Source: an uncultured archaeon (GTDB taxonomy: Archaea > Asgardarchaeota > Lokiarchaeia > Sigyniarchaeales > SOKP01). From it: 60,776 bases of DNA. A program made the position numbers and the translations under genes. Below, one piece after another: positions 39,401 to 49,828 of this stretch. The first letter of the stretch is position 1, and the number at the start of each line of letters is the position of its first letter. A model generated the notes under the pieces. That model made no database searches and had not been told where the DNA came from. It was given only the letters and a program-made list of their open reading frames with translations. Location: the NCBI GenBank assembly GCA_964388035.1, contig CAYLZE010000017.1, positions 1-60,776 of the forward strand, in the 5' to 3' direction.

Positions 39401-40615
39401 TTAAGAAACATCAGAGTTCATCATAGTAGCTAAAATAGCTTTCGAAACCTTAGCAACTTGATTAAAGTCTACTTTATCAATAGTATCCGACATGGAGTGT
39501 TTATGAGGATTTCTAAGTCCTGCCGTATCCGAAATCAATATCCCCGGAATTCCTGCTCGCCAAAAATGTTTATGGTCAGAACCTAAGAGATCTGGAAATA
39601 TTTTGTACATTTCTTCGAAAGATAATTCTGTTAAGAAGTATAAATAGGGAAGATCAATTGAACTATGTTTACAATTCATACACAGCTCATGCGCTATTTG
39701 ATTTGCATCTAGATTTGCGGCTAAAAATATAAAATCCCCCCTTTTTCCACCCCAATCTACTTTATATGATTCAAAGATATCATTATTTGCATTGGAAGGA
39801 ATTTGCTGGGAATTCGTATTTTTATTCATTGTACCTATCTCATCCGTGCATATTGCTATTTTAATTTTCTTCCCAGTAGAAAGAGCTTCTTCAAGCCAAA
39901 AATGGCTTCCAATCGTACCAAATCCACCAAGATTTTCGAAAATAGTTCCTTCTGGATAAATATCTAGAAGATCTTTGATATGATTTTTAATTGATTCTGG
40001 TATTTCTTTTCCCAATTTTTTGAGAGCTCTTAATAGAGATTTATTCGCAGTATTTCCTCCTTTAAAAAACTTCCAAAAGAGTTCAAAGAATTCTTTCATC
40101 AATGTCGAAATCGAGTATGACTTGTATCTAAACAATTCATCCATAATCCCCCATTTTTGAGCACTTTTTCTCATTCTTGATTGAATTGAAGGATTTTCTT
40201 CCTCCAATGTTGTGCTTAAAAAACGGATGGGTCCATTATATTCATTTTCGACTAAGATTCTGGCAATTTCTAACATTAAAGCAATACTGGCTGCATTATC
40301 ATTCGCTCCAGGACTATTGTATACAGTATCATAATGATTTATTAATAAGATACAAGGTTCATTTTCATCTCCTATTACACCTTCAATATTTCGATAGGTT
40401 CCAGAAAATCCCTCTATTTTAAACTTCTGTTCTCTTGTTGAGACACCAAATTCTTTCAATTTGGAATAAATATAATCTGCCGCTTGATTCAATTTATCTG
40501 GTGCATCAATTGGGTGCTTAATACCTTCTAAGTTGAGCACATGTTCATAAAGGTATTCAACATTAACTTGATTAATAATATTTTTGTTATTCGTTATTAT
40601 CCCCTTTTCATTCAT
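39401..40615 (-). CDS. M28 family metallopeptidase
   Basis: HYDT, PGANDNA, EE, SDH..FW and H...DT motifs; large helical insert. Confidence 0.88.
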   Translation of the reverse strand: MNEKGIITNNKNIINQVNVEYLYEHVLNLEGIKHPIDAPDKLNQAADYIYSKLKEFGVSTREQKFKIEGFSGTYRNIEGVIGDENEPCILLINHYDTVYNSPGANDNAASIALMLEIARILVENEYNGPIRFLSTTLEEENPSIQSRMRKSAQKWGIMDELFRYKSYSISTLMKEFFELFWKFFKGGNTANKSLLRALKKLGKEIPESIKNHIKDLLDIYPEGTIFENLGGFGTIGSHFWLEEALSTGKKIKIAICTDEIGTMNKNTNSQQIPSNANNDIFESYKVDWGGKRGDFIFLAANLDANQIAHELCMNCKHSSIDLPYLYFLTELSFEEMYKIFPDLLGSDHKHFWRAGIPGILISDTAGLRNPHKHSMSDTIDKVDFNQVAKVSKAILATMMNSDVS

Positions 40616-40655
40616 TTTCTAAAACTTTATATTTTCTGGAGAAATTCTCAATTCT

Positions 40656-41759
40656 TTAAATTACAAATTTTCCATCGCGGTAAATCTCTTTACCATCAGC
40701 AAGGATTTGACCTTCTTTCCTCATATCACAAACTAAATCCCAATGAATTACACTTCGATTTTTACTTCCTGTTTCTGGATATCCGTTACCTAAAGCCATA
40801 TGTATGGTTCCGCCGATTTTTTCATCAAATAATATTTCTCCTACAAATTTAGATATTTCATAATTCGTTCCAATTGCAAATTCACCTACTCTCTTTGCTC
40901 CCGGTATTTTAAGGATCTCTTTTAGTATTTCTTGACCTTTTGTGGCTGTAGATTCAACGACTTTTCCATCCTTGAATTTAAGCATTATATCCTCAATCGG
41001 TTTCGACCTAAATTTACTTGGAAATGTAAATGAGATAATTCCATTTAAAGAATCTTCTATTGGTCCCGTAAAAACTTCTCCGTCAGGTAAATTTCTCTTA
41101 CCATAATGACTTATCCACTTTCTTCCCTTTACAGATAAAGTTAAATCAGTTCCCTTTCCAATTATGTGCAATTTATCAACATTATTTAGATAATCAACAT
41201 ATTTTTCTTCTTTCTGTTCTAATTCTTTCCAAATTGCAATCGGATCAGGTTTATCAAGAAAGCATGTCGTTATAATAAGATCTTCAAACTCTTCCTTGCT
41301 CATGTTTGCTTGTTGAGCCATACCTTGGGAAGGATAAGGAAAAACAATCCAATTAAGTTCACCTGCTCCTTCTCTTCTCGAGAAAGTTTGCCAAACGTCA
41401 ATTTGGGCAAGTTCTGCTCTTTGAATTTTCTTAGAGGATATATTGCTTAATTCGTTGGTATTGGCTGAAGTTTTCAATCTTATTGCAACATCGATATTAC
41501 TCACTAAGAATAAATCAAAAGGATTTTTATAGTCCAATTGATGGTCTTTTGCCTCTTTGTAATAAATGTACTCTTGCCCCGGAACATCAATTTTAATTAT
41601 AGGATGACCATCGGTATTCTTTAAAACCTCTCGATATATTTCATTTATCAAGGGAATTGTTTCAACTGAACCCCAAATTAAAACAACATTTCCTTTTTTG
41701 ATATCTGCACAATGTTTTGTGAGTAATTTTGCTATTTTATTAAAATATTCAAAAAACAC
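40656..41759 (-). CDS. M29 aminopeptidase (AmpT/PepS family)
   Basis: NLPDGEVFTGP, GEFAIG, LFDEKIGGTIHMALG and S.IHWD motifs. Confidence 0.93.
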   Translation of the reverse strand: MFFEYFNKIAKLLTKHCADIKKGNVVLIWGSVETIPLINEIYREVLKNTDGHPIIKIDVPGQEYIYYKEAKDHQLDYKNPFDLFLVSNIDVAIRLKTSANTNELSNISSKKIQRAELAQIDVWQTFSRREGAGELNWIVFPYPSQGMAQQANMSKEEFEDLIITTCFLDKPDPIAIWKELEQKEEKYVDYLNNVDKLHIIGKGTDLTLSVKGRKWISHYGKRNLPDGEVFTGPIEDSLNGIISFTFPSKFRSKPIEDIMLKFKDGKVVESTATKGQEILKEILKIPGAKRVGEFAIGTNYEISKFVGEILFDEKIGGTIHMALGNGYPETGSKNRSVIHWDLVCDMRKEGQILADGKEIYRDGKFVI

Positions 41760-41794
41760 GGTTTATATTCTCTATTTTATAATTTCAATAAATT

Positions 41795-42898
41795 TCAATT
41801 AAAAGTAAATATCTTAAATTCATTACAACATGGCGGTCCTATTGTTAAATGAAGCTCTGCGGGTGTTGTTAATAAATAAACAATACAATTAACTGTATAT
41901 ACACTCATCGGTTTGAAGTCTTGATGGACACATACAGGTCCATAGTGAGAACTAAGGATATGCTTGATTGTATCAATTGTAATCTTTTTCTTAGGGTTTT
42001 TTAATCGATATTCGAGATAATTATATCTCTCCCACGTTGTAAATGTAGGTTCAAGCTTTGGGGGAGGCATTATCAGATCATCATTAATAATGGGATGATT
42101 CGTATGATAAATCCTCCTTGCTCCTTCATAAGGAAGGAATTGAGAGATTTTGTTCGCCGAACATTCAAAATTTACTACTTTTTCATTGTTACCAATCATA
42201 TAGTTCTCAGCAGATGCATGTTTGATTTTATGAATAAAATTAATTGCATCTTCTAGGGATTTTTGTTCAAGCACCGCTCGTATTATGAAATTAACAGGTA
42301 ATCCTTCTACAGACGTATTTAAAAATCTATAAAGCGTATTCGTTGTAACTCCAATTGGTTGGTTATTCATGCCACACCATCCAATTAATCCGGCAGTTGT
42401 CGGAACTAAGGTTTCTAAGGAAGAATCCGGATGTTTAATACGTAAAACGGCATTTAATCCATCATAATCATTTAGCCAATCAAGGTTTTGTGCTAATAAA
42501 GCAGGAGAATTATCCTCTTTAAAACATCCAATTGCAGAACAATGTCCAGCAGTATCAGGAAATATTTCTCTTGAAAACCAAACCATCTCATCCTGACATT
42601 GAAACATAAAAAGGGTATCAAAATCCACTCCAGCTCCCTCTGCAATTCCTTCAATTTCTTCCAGTAAATCTGGTGTCCATTTTTTAACTGCTGGCAAAAA
42701 TTTTGTTTTTTTCATGAATAGTTTTATGACAAGTTCAGGATTTGTATGAGTCTCGTAATAAATTAAATGTTTCAATCTTTCAAGACTTTCTTCTATCATA
42801 GGTTTCAACGTTTCACCATGTATCATTCCTCTTTCTTTTGGAGAACCGTATAATTCTACTATTTTCATTTGGTTACTTTTAATCATTTTGTTTATCAT
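41795..42898 (-). CDS. C45 family Ntn-hydrolase/acyltransferase, paralogue A
   Basis: ERG..HG, EIEGIA, autoproteolytic H|CS, AQNLDW, GMN and HTNH motifs. Confidence 0.88.
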   Translation of the reverse strand: MINKMIKSNQMKIVELYGSPKERGMIHGETLKPMIEESLERLKHLIYYETHTNPELVIKLFMKKTKFLPAVKKWTPDLLEEIEGIAEGAGVDFDTLFMFQCQDEMVWFSREIFPDTAGHCSAIGCFKEDNSPALLAQNLDWLNDYDGLNAVLRIKHPDSSLETLVPTTAGLIGWCGMNNQPIGVTTNTLYRFLNTSVEGLPVNFIIRAVLEQKSLEDAINFIHKIKHASAENYMIGNNEKVVNFECSANKISQFLPYEGARRIYHTNHPIINDDLIMPPPKLEPTFTTWERYNYLEYRLKNPKKKITIDTIKHILSSHYGPVCVHQDFKPMSVYTVNCIVYLLTTPAELHLTIGPPCCNEFKIFTFN

Positions 42899-43030
42899 CT
42901 ATGTTTGTTTATTTCTATTCATCAAATAACCCATTTAATCTTCTCAATTTTAATTTTATCCCCAAATTTTTTTTTATTAATTATCAAATATGGGTTATTA
43001 GTATAAAAAGAAAGAATAAATATATATAAG

Positions 43031-43059
43031 TTTTGTCATTGATTGTATAAAATTTCTAT
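43031..43059 (-). promoter_or_regulatory. Conserved promoter-proximal element of C45 paralogue A
   Basis: Minus strand reads ATAGAAATTTTATACAATCAATGACAAAA then CTTATATATA; 24/29 identical to 43245-43273. Confidence 0.6.
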
Positions 43060-43244
43060 CAAATTACATTTAATTTTTTTTCAATATATCCTAATCTATT
43101 CTAAAATCCATTAATCAAGTTTTAAGGCTTTCTTTTGATTATTAATAATTGATAGAAACATTTTTATTCTAACAACAAAATAACTTTTTATTAATAAAGA
43201 CAGAAAAATCAAAATATTTTTGTTGATAATTATTAAAGATAAGT

Positions 43245-43273
43245 ATAGAAATTTTGTGCATTAAATGATAAAA
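43245..43273 (+). promoter_or_regulatory. Conserved promoter-proximal element of C45 paralogue B
   Basis: ATAGAAATTTTGTGCATTAAATGATAAAA then AATATAAAA. Confidence 0.6.
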
Positions 43274-43350
43274 AATATAAAACATTTTTTATTATTTGTA
43301 ATCATGAAAATTATCTATTTTTTTTAGAGAAACTAGAAGGTAAAAATTCC

Positions 43351-44436
43351 TTGAGTATTAAAATTTTAAAGTTAGAAGGAGAACCCCGTGACCGTGGATT
43401 TAAGATTGGTAATGAATTAAGGAATTTGATACATGATTCACTTGAAAGGGTAATCTCCTTGATCGAAGGAACTTTAGGTATAAAAAAAGCGGAAAAAATC
43501 CTTAGAAGATTAATAAAAGGTTCAAAATTAAAAGAAGCTGTACAAAAATGGACCCCTTCATTATGGGAAGAATTTGAAGCTGTTGCAGAAAGTGCAGAAA
43601 TAGATATTAATTCGTTATTTGCATTTCAATGTCAAGATGAAATTAATGTGATTCTTAGAACATTAGGAATTGATTTAGGTACTCATTGTAGTACATTTGG
43701 TTGTGCTAAAACAACTTCTACTCCTTCTATTGTTGCACAAACCTATGATTGGCAATGTTTTCATAATGAAGATGATATCGTAATCCTACAAATTAAAGAT
43801 CAAGATTCTTCATTTGAAACTATTATCCCGACGATTTTAGGAATAAAATATTTATGTGGAATTAATAATCAAAGTATTGGAATATGTATTAATGCTTTAT
43901 GTTCATATTTGAATTATTCTTTTAGTGGATTACCTGTTCCTTATGTGACAAGGGGACTTATTGAACAGCCAGATATGGAAAAAGCTGTGCATTTTTTACA
44001 CGATATCGAGCATGCTTCTGGATACGCGTATATGATCGGGGATTCTGAAAATATTATGAATTTTGAATGTTCTGCGAATAAAATTCAAAGATACCTGCCT
44101 TATAAGAATGCTAAAAAGATATACCATACAAATCATCCCTTAATTAATGATGATATTTTACTTAATAGAGAGATAGACGATTCATTAAGTACTACTTACA
44201 ATCGCTTTAACCTTCTTGAATCTTTTTTAAAAGATCCCTCAACTATCATTAATTTAGAATCAGCAAAAAAAATTTTATCAACACATCCAGTTTGTGTTCA
44301 TCGAGGCATTAATCCTTTTGGCGATTTTACAATTATTTCTGTTATAAATGAATTAAAGAAAGATCCTGTATTACACTTAACATTGGGTCCTCCTTGTTCT
44401 AATAAGTTCAGGGAATTACATTTTGAAGCGAAATAA
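43351..44436 (+). CDS. C45 family Ntn-hydrolase/acyltransferase, paralogue B
   Basis: FQCQDE, H|CS, AQTYDW, NFECSANKI and HTNHP, shared with paralogue A. Confidence 0.88.
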   Translation: MSIKILKLEGEPRDRGFKIGNELRNLIHDSLERVISLIEGTLGIKKAEKILRRLIKGSKLKEAVQKWTPSLWEEFEAVAESAEIDINSLFAFQCQDEINVILRTLGIDLGTHCSTFGCAKTTSTPSIVAQTYDWQCFHNEDDIVILQIKDQDSSFETIIPTILGIKYLCGINNQSIGICINALCSYLNYSFSGLPVPYVTRGLIEQPDMEKAVHFLHDIEHASGYAYMIGDSENIMNFECSANKIQRYLPYKNAKKIYHTNHPLINDDILLNREIDDSLSTTYNRFNLLESFLKDPSTIINLESAKKILSTHPVCVHRGINPFGDFTIISVINELKKDPVLHLTLGPPCSNKFRELHFEAK

Positions 44437-44462
44437 TTAAAAAATATTCATTTATATTGCTT

Positions 44463-46346
44463 TTATAACTTTTTTTGAACGGAAAGCTCATAATAACACG
44501 TTTCGGAAGTTTTATTAAAGGATTTTAAAGAAAAATTAAGAGGGATGCCAAATTTTTGGAGAAGTTGGTCTATAAAACCACAATTAATGGGATAAAGTAA
44601 AAAAGAACCCTCATCTAAGAATTTGAGCGCTTTTATTCGAATGAGAATTGCTTGGGGATCTTTATTATCGAATGCAGGCACGATCTCGCATTCTAAGTCT
44701 TCACCAAATAGTTTGCTTGATTGTAAGAATTTCAGAATAAAAGTTGCTGATTTTAATAAATCAATCATTCCATCCTTATTAATAAATTTTGACTTAAAAT
44801 CAAATTCCTTAAAAGGAAAGTTGCTCATTTCACAAATTTCTCTTCCGATTTTATTCATCAATTCCCATGCTTCTCCTTCTGAAATGATCATTTGTTGAAA
44901 ATATGCAGCGAGAAATTTTTTAAAATAGTCATCGTGATTTATTTCATACATCTCAATGATAATTCCTTTTTCGGTTGGTGATATGAACCATACTGTGAAG
45001 GATCCTATAATTTGGGAATATACTAACCCTTCAAGTTCCATTTTTGCTAAATATTTTTTTATTGTATTTCGATGAATTTTAGTTTCTTCATTAATGCGGG
45101 CAACTGTTGCACCAACCTCGAATTTTGCCAAGAATTTTAAGATTTCCTCCTTGATCATTGTTTTTTTTTGCTTCTTTTTTTTAAGTTTAAGAAGAATTTT
45201 TTGATCTTTTCTTTCTTCCGTTTTAGTGTTTAATAATTGCTTGAGAAAATTGAACTCGTCGTTATCCAAAAATTTTGGTTTATATCCGATAAGGATATCC
45301 AAAAAAGCGGATGTAAGATTCCAATTTGGAGAATGGAACGAGTTCATTAATATGACCATTCCAAGTGATTTTTCAGGGAATAAGAAAAGATGAGCTAAAA
45401 AACCAAACTCGCCTCCAGAATGTCCGACTATTTTAAATCCTCGATATTCACCTATAAACCACCCGAGTCCCATATAAGCATTATGTGAGTTAATATTTGT
45501 TTTAATTATGGGTTCCCAGAGCAATTCATAAGTAGCTGGCTTGAGAATTTGCTTATCTTTAAATTTTCCCTTATTTAAACTAGCAATAATGAAATTACAA
45601 ATTTCTATCACATTTGAATGAAATGTTGAACTTGGAGCTTGATTTCGACTATAAGGATATATTTCATTCACGATTAATCGCTTTTGTTTGCGGATGTGAG
45701 GTAATACTAATTCATTGTCTGGAACCTCCTCCTTTAAAAAGGTACTTTTTTTCATATCTAAAGGAAGCAAGACATTTTTTTTCATATATTCCTCAAAAGA
45801 CATTCCTGATACTTTTGCGATTACATCTCCTAATACATCATACCCAATATCAGTATACGCAAAACGAGTTCCTGGTTTAAATAATAAATTTTTGTCCGCT
45901 AAACTATCGACATACCTTTCAAGGGCGTTTTCATCATATTCAGGGGTGTCATAAACCGTTTTATCAACATCAGGTAACCCTGAACTATGGTTTAATAATT
46001 GTTTAATTGTAATTCTTTTAAAATCTGAATCTTTTAATTTGAAGTAAGGTAAATATTTTATCACGGGCGATGTAAGATCTATTTTTCCTTGCTCTTCAAG
46101 CTGCATTATCGCAACAGCGACGAATATTTTTGAAATTGAAGATGTATGGAAAATGGATTCTGGTTGAATGGGTTCTTTTTTTAAAATGTTTTTAACTCCA
46201 AATCCTTTTGAGAAAACCAGAGCATTGTTTTTTACGATCCCAATAGCTAATCCTGGGATTCCATTTAGCCCTAACAGTTTATTTATTTTATTAATAATTG
46301 AAGCTTCTAATTCATGTATATTTTCTTTTTTTATTAAATGTGCCAT
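44463..46346 (-). CDS. Beta-lactamase-fold (class C/S12-like) serine hydrolase fused to winged-HTH and putative V4R-like domain
   Basis: SISK, LLNHSSG, YTD and GHSGG in about aa 1-355. From M397: EEILKFL...IHRNTIKKYL..ME.EGLV...IG (wHTH), then IGREI...CGFID. Confidence 0.8.
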   Translation of the reverse strand: MAHLIKKENIHELEASIINKINKLLGLNGIPGLAIGIVKNNALVFSKGFGVKNILKKEPIQPESIFHTSSISKIFVAVAIMQLEEQGKIDLTSPVIKYLPYFKLKDSDFKRITIKQLLNHSSGLPDVDKTVYDTPEYDENALERYVDSLADKNLLFKPGTRFAYTDIGYDVLGDVIAKVSGMSFEEYMKKNVLLPLDMKKSTFLKEEVPDNELVLPHIRKQKRLIVNEIYPYSRNQAPSSTFHSNVIEICNFIIASLNKGKFKDKQILKPATYELLWEPIIKTNINSHNAYMGLGWFIGEYRGFKIVGHSGGEFGFLAHLFLFPEKSLGMVILMNSFHSPNWNLTSAFLDILIGYKPKFLDNDEFNFLKQLLNTKTEERKDQKILLKLKKKKQKKTMIKEEILKFLAKFEVGATVARINEETKIHRNTIKKYLAKMELEGLVYSQIIGSFTVWFISPTEKGIIIEMYEINHDDYFKKFLAAYFQQMIISEGEAWELMNKIGREICEMSNFPFKEFDFKSKFINKDGMIDLLKSATFILKFLQSSKLFGEDLECEIVPAFDNKDPQAILIRIKALKFLDEGSFLLYPINCGFIDQLLQKFGIPLNFSLKSFNKTSETCYYELSVQKKL

Positions 46347-46643
46347 ATTTTTTACAAAATATATAGATTTCCTATATTTTATTTTTAAAATGTATCTTAT
46401 ATAGTATAGATTACTTTATTTTACTATAATAAATTGGTATTTTTTCTTAATTTTCTGTCTTCTTTTATTAATTCTCTTAGGAATTGAATTTTAACAAAGA
46501 AAAATGAATGTTATGTATTAATTTTTTTGCTATTTATTTATAGGTAAATATACAAAAATTTTATATATATGCATACAAATATTAATTAATTAATTATTTA
46601 AATGATAAATTAAATTTAAAACAACTCGGGGATTTTATAAAAG

Positions 46644-48047
46644 ATGGAAGTTGAAAAAGAGAAAGAAACAGATGAGAAAAATCATTCAACTTTTACCCTC
46701 ATTTCTTATAGCTTAGCTGGTTTTGGGGGTGGAACGGCGTTTGAATTCATAGGTGCATATGCACTCTATTTTTACGAAGTTGAAGTTGGTTTATCTATCT
46801 TACTTTACACAATTGCCTTTATTTTCTTCACGATTTGGAACGTGGTAAAAGATCCAATCGTCGGATACTTTTCTGATAAACCTCATTTTTATACAAGACG
46901 GTGGGGTCGACGTTTTCCTTTAATAATTATTGGATATCTTCCCGTGACTATCATATTTTTACTTATATTTTCACCGCCTGATATCAATGCTGGCAATAAT
47001 TCTGGAGTCGTGTTTATTTGGCTTTTAGTATTTCTTTGCATTTGTTCAGGATTATATACGTTGGGCAACATGAATCATAGGGCATTATTTCCTCAAAAAT
47101 TTCGAAGCAATAGAGATCGACGTTATGTTACAGGATATAATTTGGTTGGGTGGGCAGCAATGCAATTTTTCGGAGTGGTAGTACCACCATTAATCATTAT
47201 ATATGGAGATAAGTCAAGTTTTTTCATAGCAGCATTATTAATTGTTTTAATCACAACTCCTTTTATAATCTTAGGGATTCCTGGCTGTCGTGAAGATAAG
47301 CAAATGATTGATGATTTCTTAAAAAGCGAGGAAAAAGTAAATTCAACGGGTAATTTTTTTCATATAATGAAAATACTTTTTATGAATCGTAACTTCATCG
47401 CAATACTCGCTGTTTGGATGTGTGCAAATACTTATAATGCAATTGTTCTTAGTTCAGTAATTTATTATGTCAGATATGTTTTACAAATAGAGGAATTCTG
47501 GGGTAGTATAATTTTATTAGGTTATTTAGTAACAGGACTGATTACGATTCCCTTCTGGATTTGGATAATAGGTAAGATAGGAGAAATCAAAACAATATAT
47601 ATTGGTGTTATAGGAATGGCTATATCTATACTCCCTATCTTACTATTTAGAGAATTAATTGCAGCTATTTTTGCCAGTCTATTAATAGGAATAGCAGTTA
47701 GTGCTTTACAATGTGCTGATGAACCATTATTTGCATCTGTTATCGATCAAGTGGTTGTTAAAGAACAACGGCGTAGAGAAGGAGTTTATCATGGGGTTTT
47801 AAGTGTCGTATTACGAGCTGTAACCCCCCTAACTATAGTTATCATCGCAATTACTCACATTTTAACAGATTTCGATGCAAGTGCAAGTGTACAAACACCA
47901 TTAGCTCAATTGGGCATAGTTTTTGATATGGCATTAATTCCTATTATTCTTGCCTTAATAGGAGTTTTCATTTTTTGGAGAGCTTGGCGTATACCAGAAC
48001 CAGAAAGGGTAGAACTTCGTGCAAAATTAAGAGAGATCAAATTATAA
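46644..48047 (+). CDS. MFS transporter, GPH family
   Basis: WNVVKDPIVGYFSD, WGRRFP and RRREG motifs. Confidence 0.9.
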   Translation: MEVEKEKETDEKNHSTFTLISYSLAGFGGGTAFEFIGAYALYFYEVEVGLSILLYTIAFIFFTIWNVVKDPIVGYFSDKPHFYTRRWGRRFPLIIIGYLPVTIIFLLIFSPPDINAGNNSGVVFIWLLVFLCICSGLYTLGNMNHRALFPQKFRSNRDRRYVTGYNLVGWAAMQFFGVVVPPLIIIYGDKSSFFIAALLIVLITTPFIILGIPGCREDKQMIDDFLKSEEKVNSTGNFFHIMKILFMNRNFIAILAVWMCANTYNAIVLSSVIYYVRYVLQIEEFWGSIILLGYLVTGLITIPFWIWIIGKIGEIKTIYIGVIGMAISILPILLFRELIAAIFASLLIGIAVSALQCADEPLFASVIDQVVVKEQRRREGVYHGVLSVVLRAVTPLTIVIIAITHILTDFDASASVQTPLAQLGIVFDMALIPIILALIGVFIFWRAWRIPEPERVELRAKLREIKL

Positions 48048-48397
48048 AAAATAGGAAATTTAATATTAAACTTTTTTTTTTTTTAATACTCTTTTTGATT
48101 TAAAGGGGAGGATTTCAACATTTTATACTTGAAATCTGAGGATATATATTTTTAAAGTAATATTCGATTAAAAATTAGAAGAATACCCTCTTTATTATTG
48201 ATTTACATAGATTTTCCAGTTGAGGAAAAATAACCAGAGGCCATAGAATAGATGATGATGTCAATTAACTTATAACCGTTCTAGTAGAAGCAGAAATGAT
48301 TTATAGTTTAAATCCATTAGGATGGATAAAAAATTGATTCTTAATAATTGAAAAAAATAATTTATATTTATCTTTTTTATTCTTTTTTCATCTAACT

Positions 48398-49444
48398 TTA
48401 ATGTAAATCACTTAGCGATACATTCATGTATTCATTTTTTTCTCTATTATGAGGATATAGCTTTAAATGAATAGTATTATTTATATTAAAAATCGCCGTA
48501 TATATCGTGCTAAAGATATATCCCGTTTCGGGTCCTTTGATAGAATTAAAAAATATATATTTATCCCAAAGTAATTTCAAAGCATTTTCTTCAGTTTTCT
48601 CTAAATTAGGCAATAATTTAATACCCCTTTTATATCTTGATTTGGAATCGCTGATTCTAGGTAAGGGTATATCTTTGAATTTTATGGAAATATGATGATT
48701 TGTATGGAAATATTTGTCAGTAATTTCCGTTAAACAGGATTCATCCGCGGTTGTTTCAAGATTAATAGCTACTTTTTCATTCAATGAAACAATATTATAA
48801 CTTACTCCTCCCGATCTTGGAGAGAAGGATTGAGCTTTCTCAATAGCTTCTTTGAGAGTTTTAGATTCTAACATTGCTCGTCCAAAAAGAATTCGTGAAA
48901 GTCCAATCCTCTTTACAGGATTAGGAAGGCTATTTGAGGTAATAGTAATCCCATGATTATTAAACCCAAAAGAAATTCCTGGAATGCAACCTGGATAACA
49001 ATGAGAAAATATTTTAGTACCATTTTCAAGTTCCATTATTGAAAAATAAGAGTATTTTCCCATTATGCTTTCAAAATCTTCATTATGTGCAAGAATAATT
49101 TCATCATCATTTATGAAAAATAAGGATGAGCAATTGTTCCCTACCTCATCTTTGGGAGGTACATGGCGAAAATTCGCGATAAGAATATCACGATATTCAA
49201 TTCCACAACCGTCAGAAATTCCTTGAATTTCCTTAATATATTGGGGAAAATGCTTTTTAGCAAGAGATTCAACTTGATTAATTCTTTCTGGTCGTTCTTC
49301 ATCTAATTTCTGAAATTCTTTAAATTGATTGCATTCTTTCAATGCTTTTTGAATCCGTTCTTTGAAATGTTCACCTACTTGCTTTCCTATATCATAATTA
49401 TTGCCATTTACTTTCACTAAAGGAAAGGACTTATTTTTATCCAT
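48398..49444 (-). CDS. C45 family Ntn-hydrolase, paralogue C (more divergent)
   Basis: EIQGIS, N|CS, AHNED, GFN and HTNH motifs. Confidence 0.86.
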   Translation of the reverse strand: MDKNKSFPLVKVNGNNYDIGKQVGEHFKERIQKALKECNQFKEFQKLDEERPERINQVESLAKKHFPQYIKEIQGISDGCGIEYRDILIANFRHVPPKDEVGNNCSSLFFINDDEIILAHNEDFESIMGKYSYFSIMELENGTKIFSHCYPGCIPGISFGFNNHGITITSNSLPNPVKRIGLSRILFGRAMLESKTLKEAIEKAQSFSPRSGGVSYNIVSLNEKVAINLETTADESCLTEITDKYFHTNHHISIKFKDIPLPRISDSKSRYKRGIKLLPNLEKTEENALKLLWDKYIFFNSIKGPETGYIFSTIYTAIFNINNTIHLKLYPHNREKNEYMNVSLSDLH

Positions 49445-49828
49445 AATTTCATCTATTTTTCTTTTTTTTAGTTTTTATAAATGAAGTTACAAAATATTTG
49501 TTCTCAAATAGATAATTTTACTTTCTATAAGATTTTTTCCTTAATCCTCAGGATATTATTTGACAAAATATGATTTTACTTTGCTCTTAAATAAACAATA
49601 ATAATTTAATATATTAAGAGGTTCCTTGTTCATTAGTAATTTGTTGAATTTTATAAAATTGAAAGCGATTTTCATCAAAGTGATATATAAGATAATGACT
49701 TTTTTGAAATAATTGGAAATAAAATGAGAAAAAATAGAAAACATACATAATTATTTCCATAAAAATATAAAAAACAAAAGTAATCAATATATGATAAAGT
49801 TTTAAACTAAAATACGAGATGAGGATTT

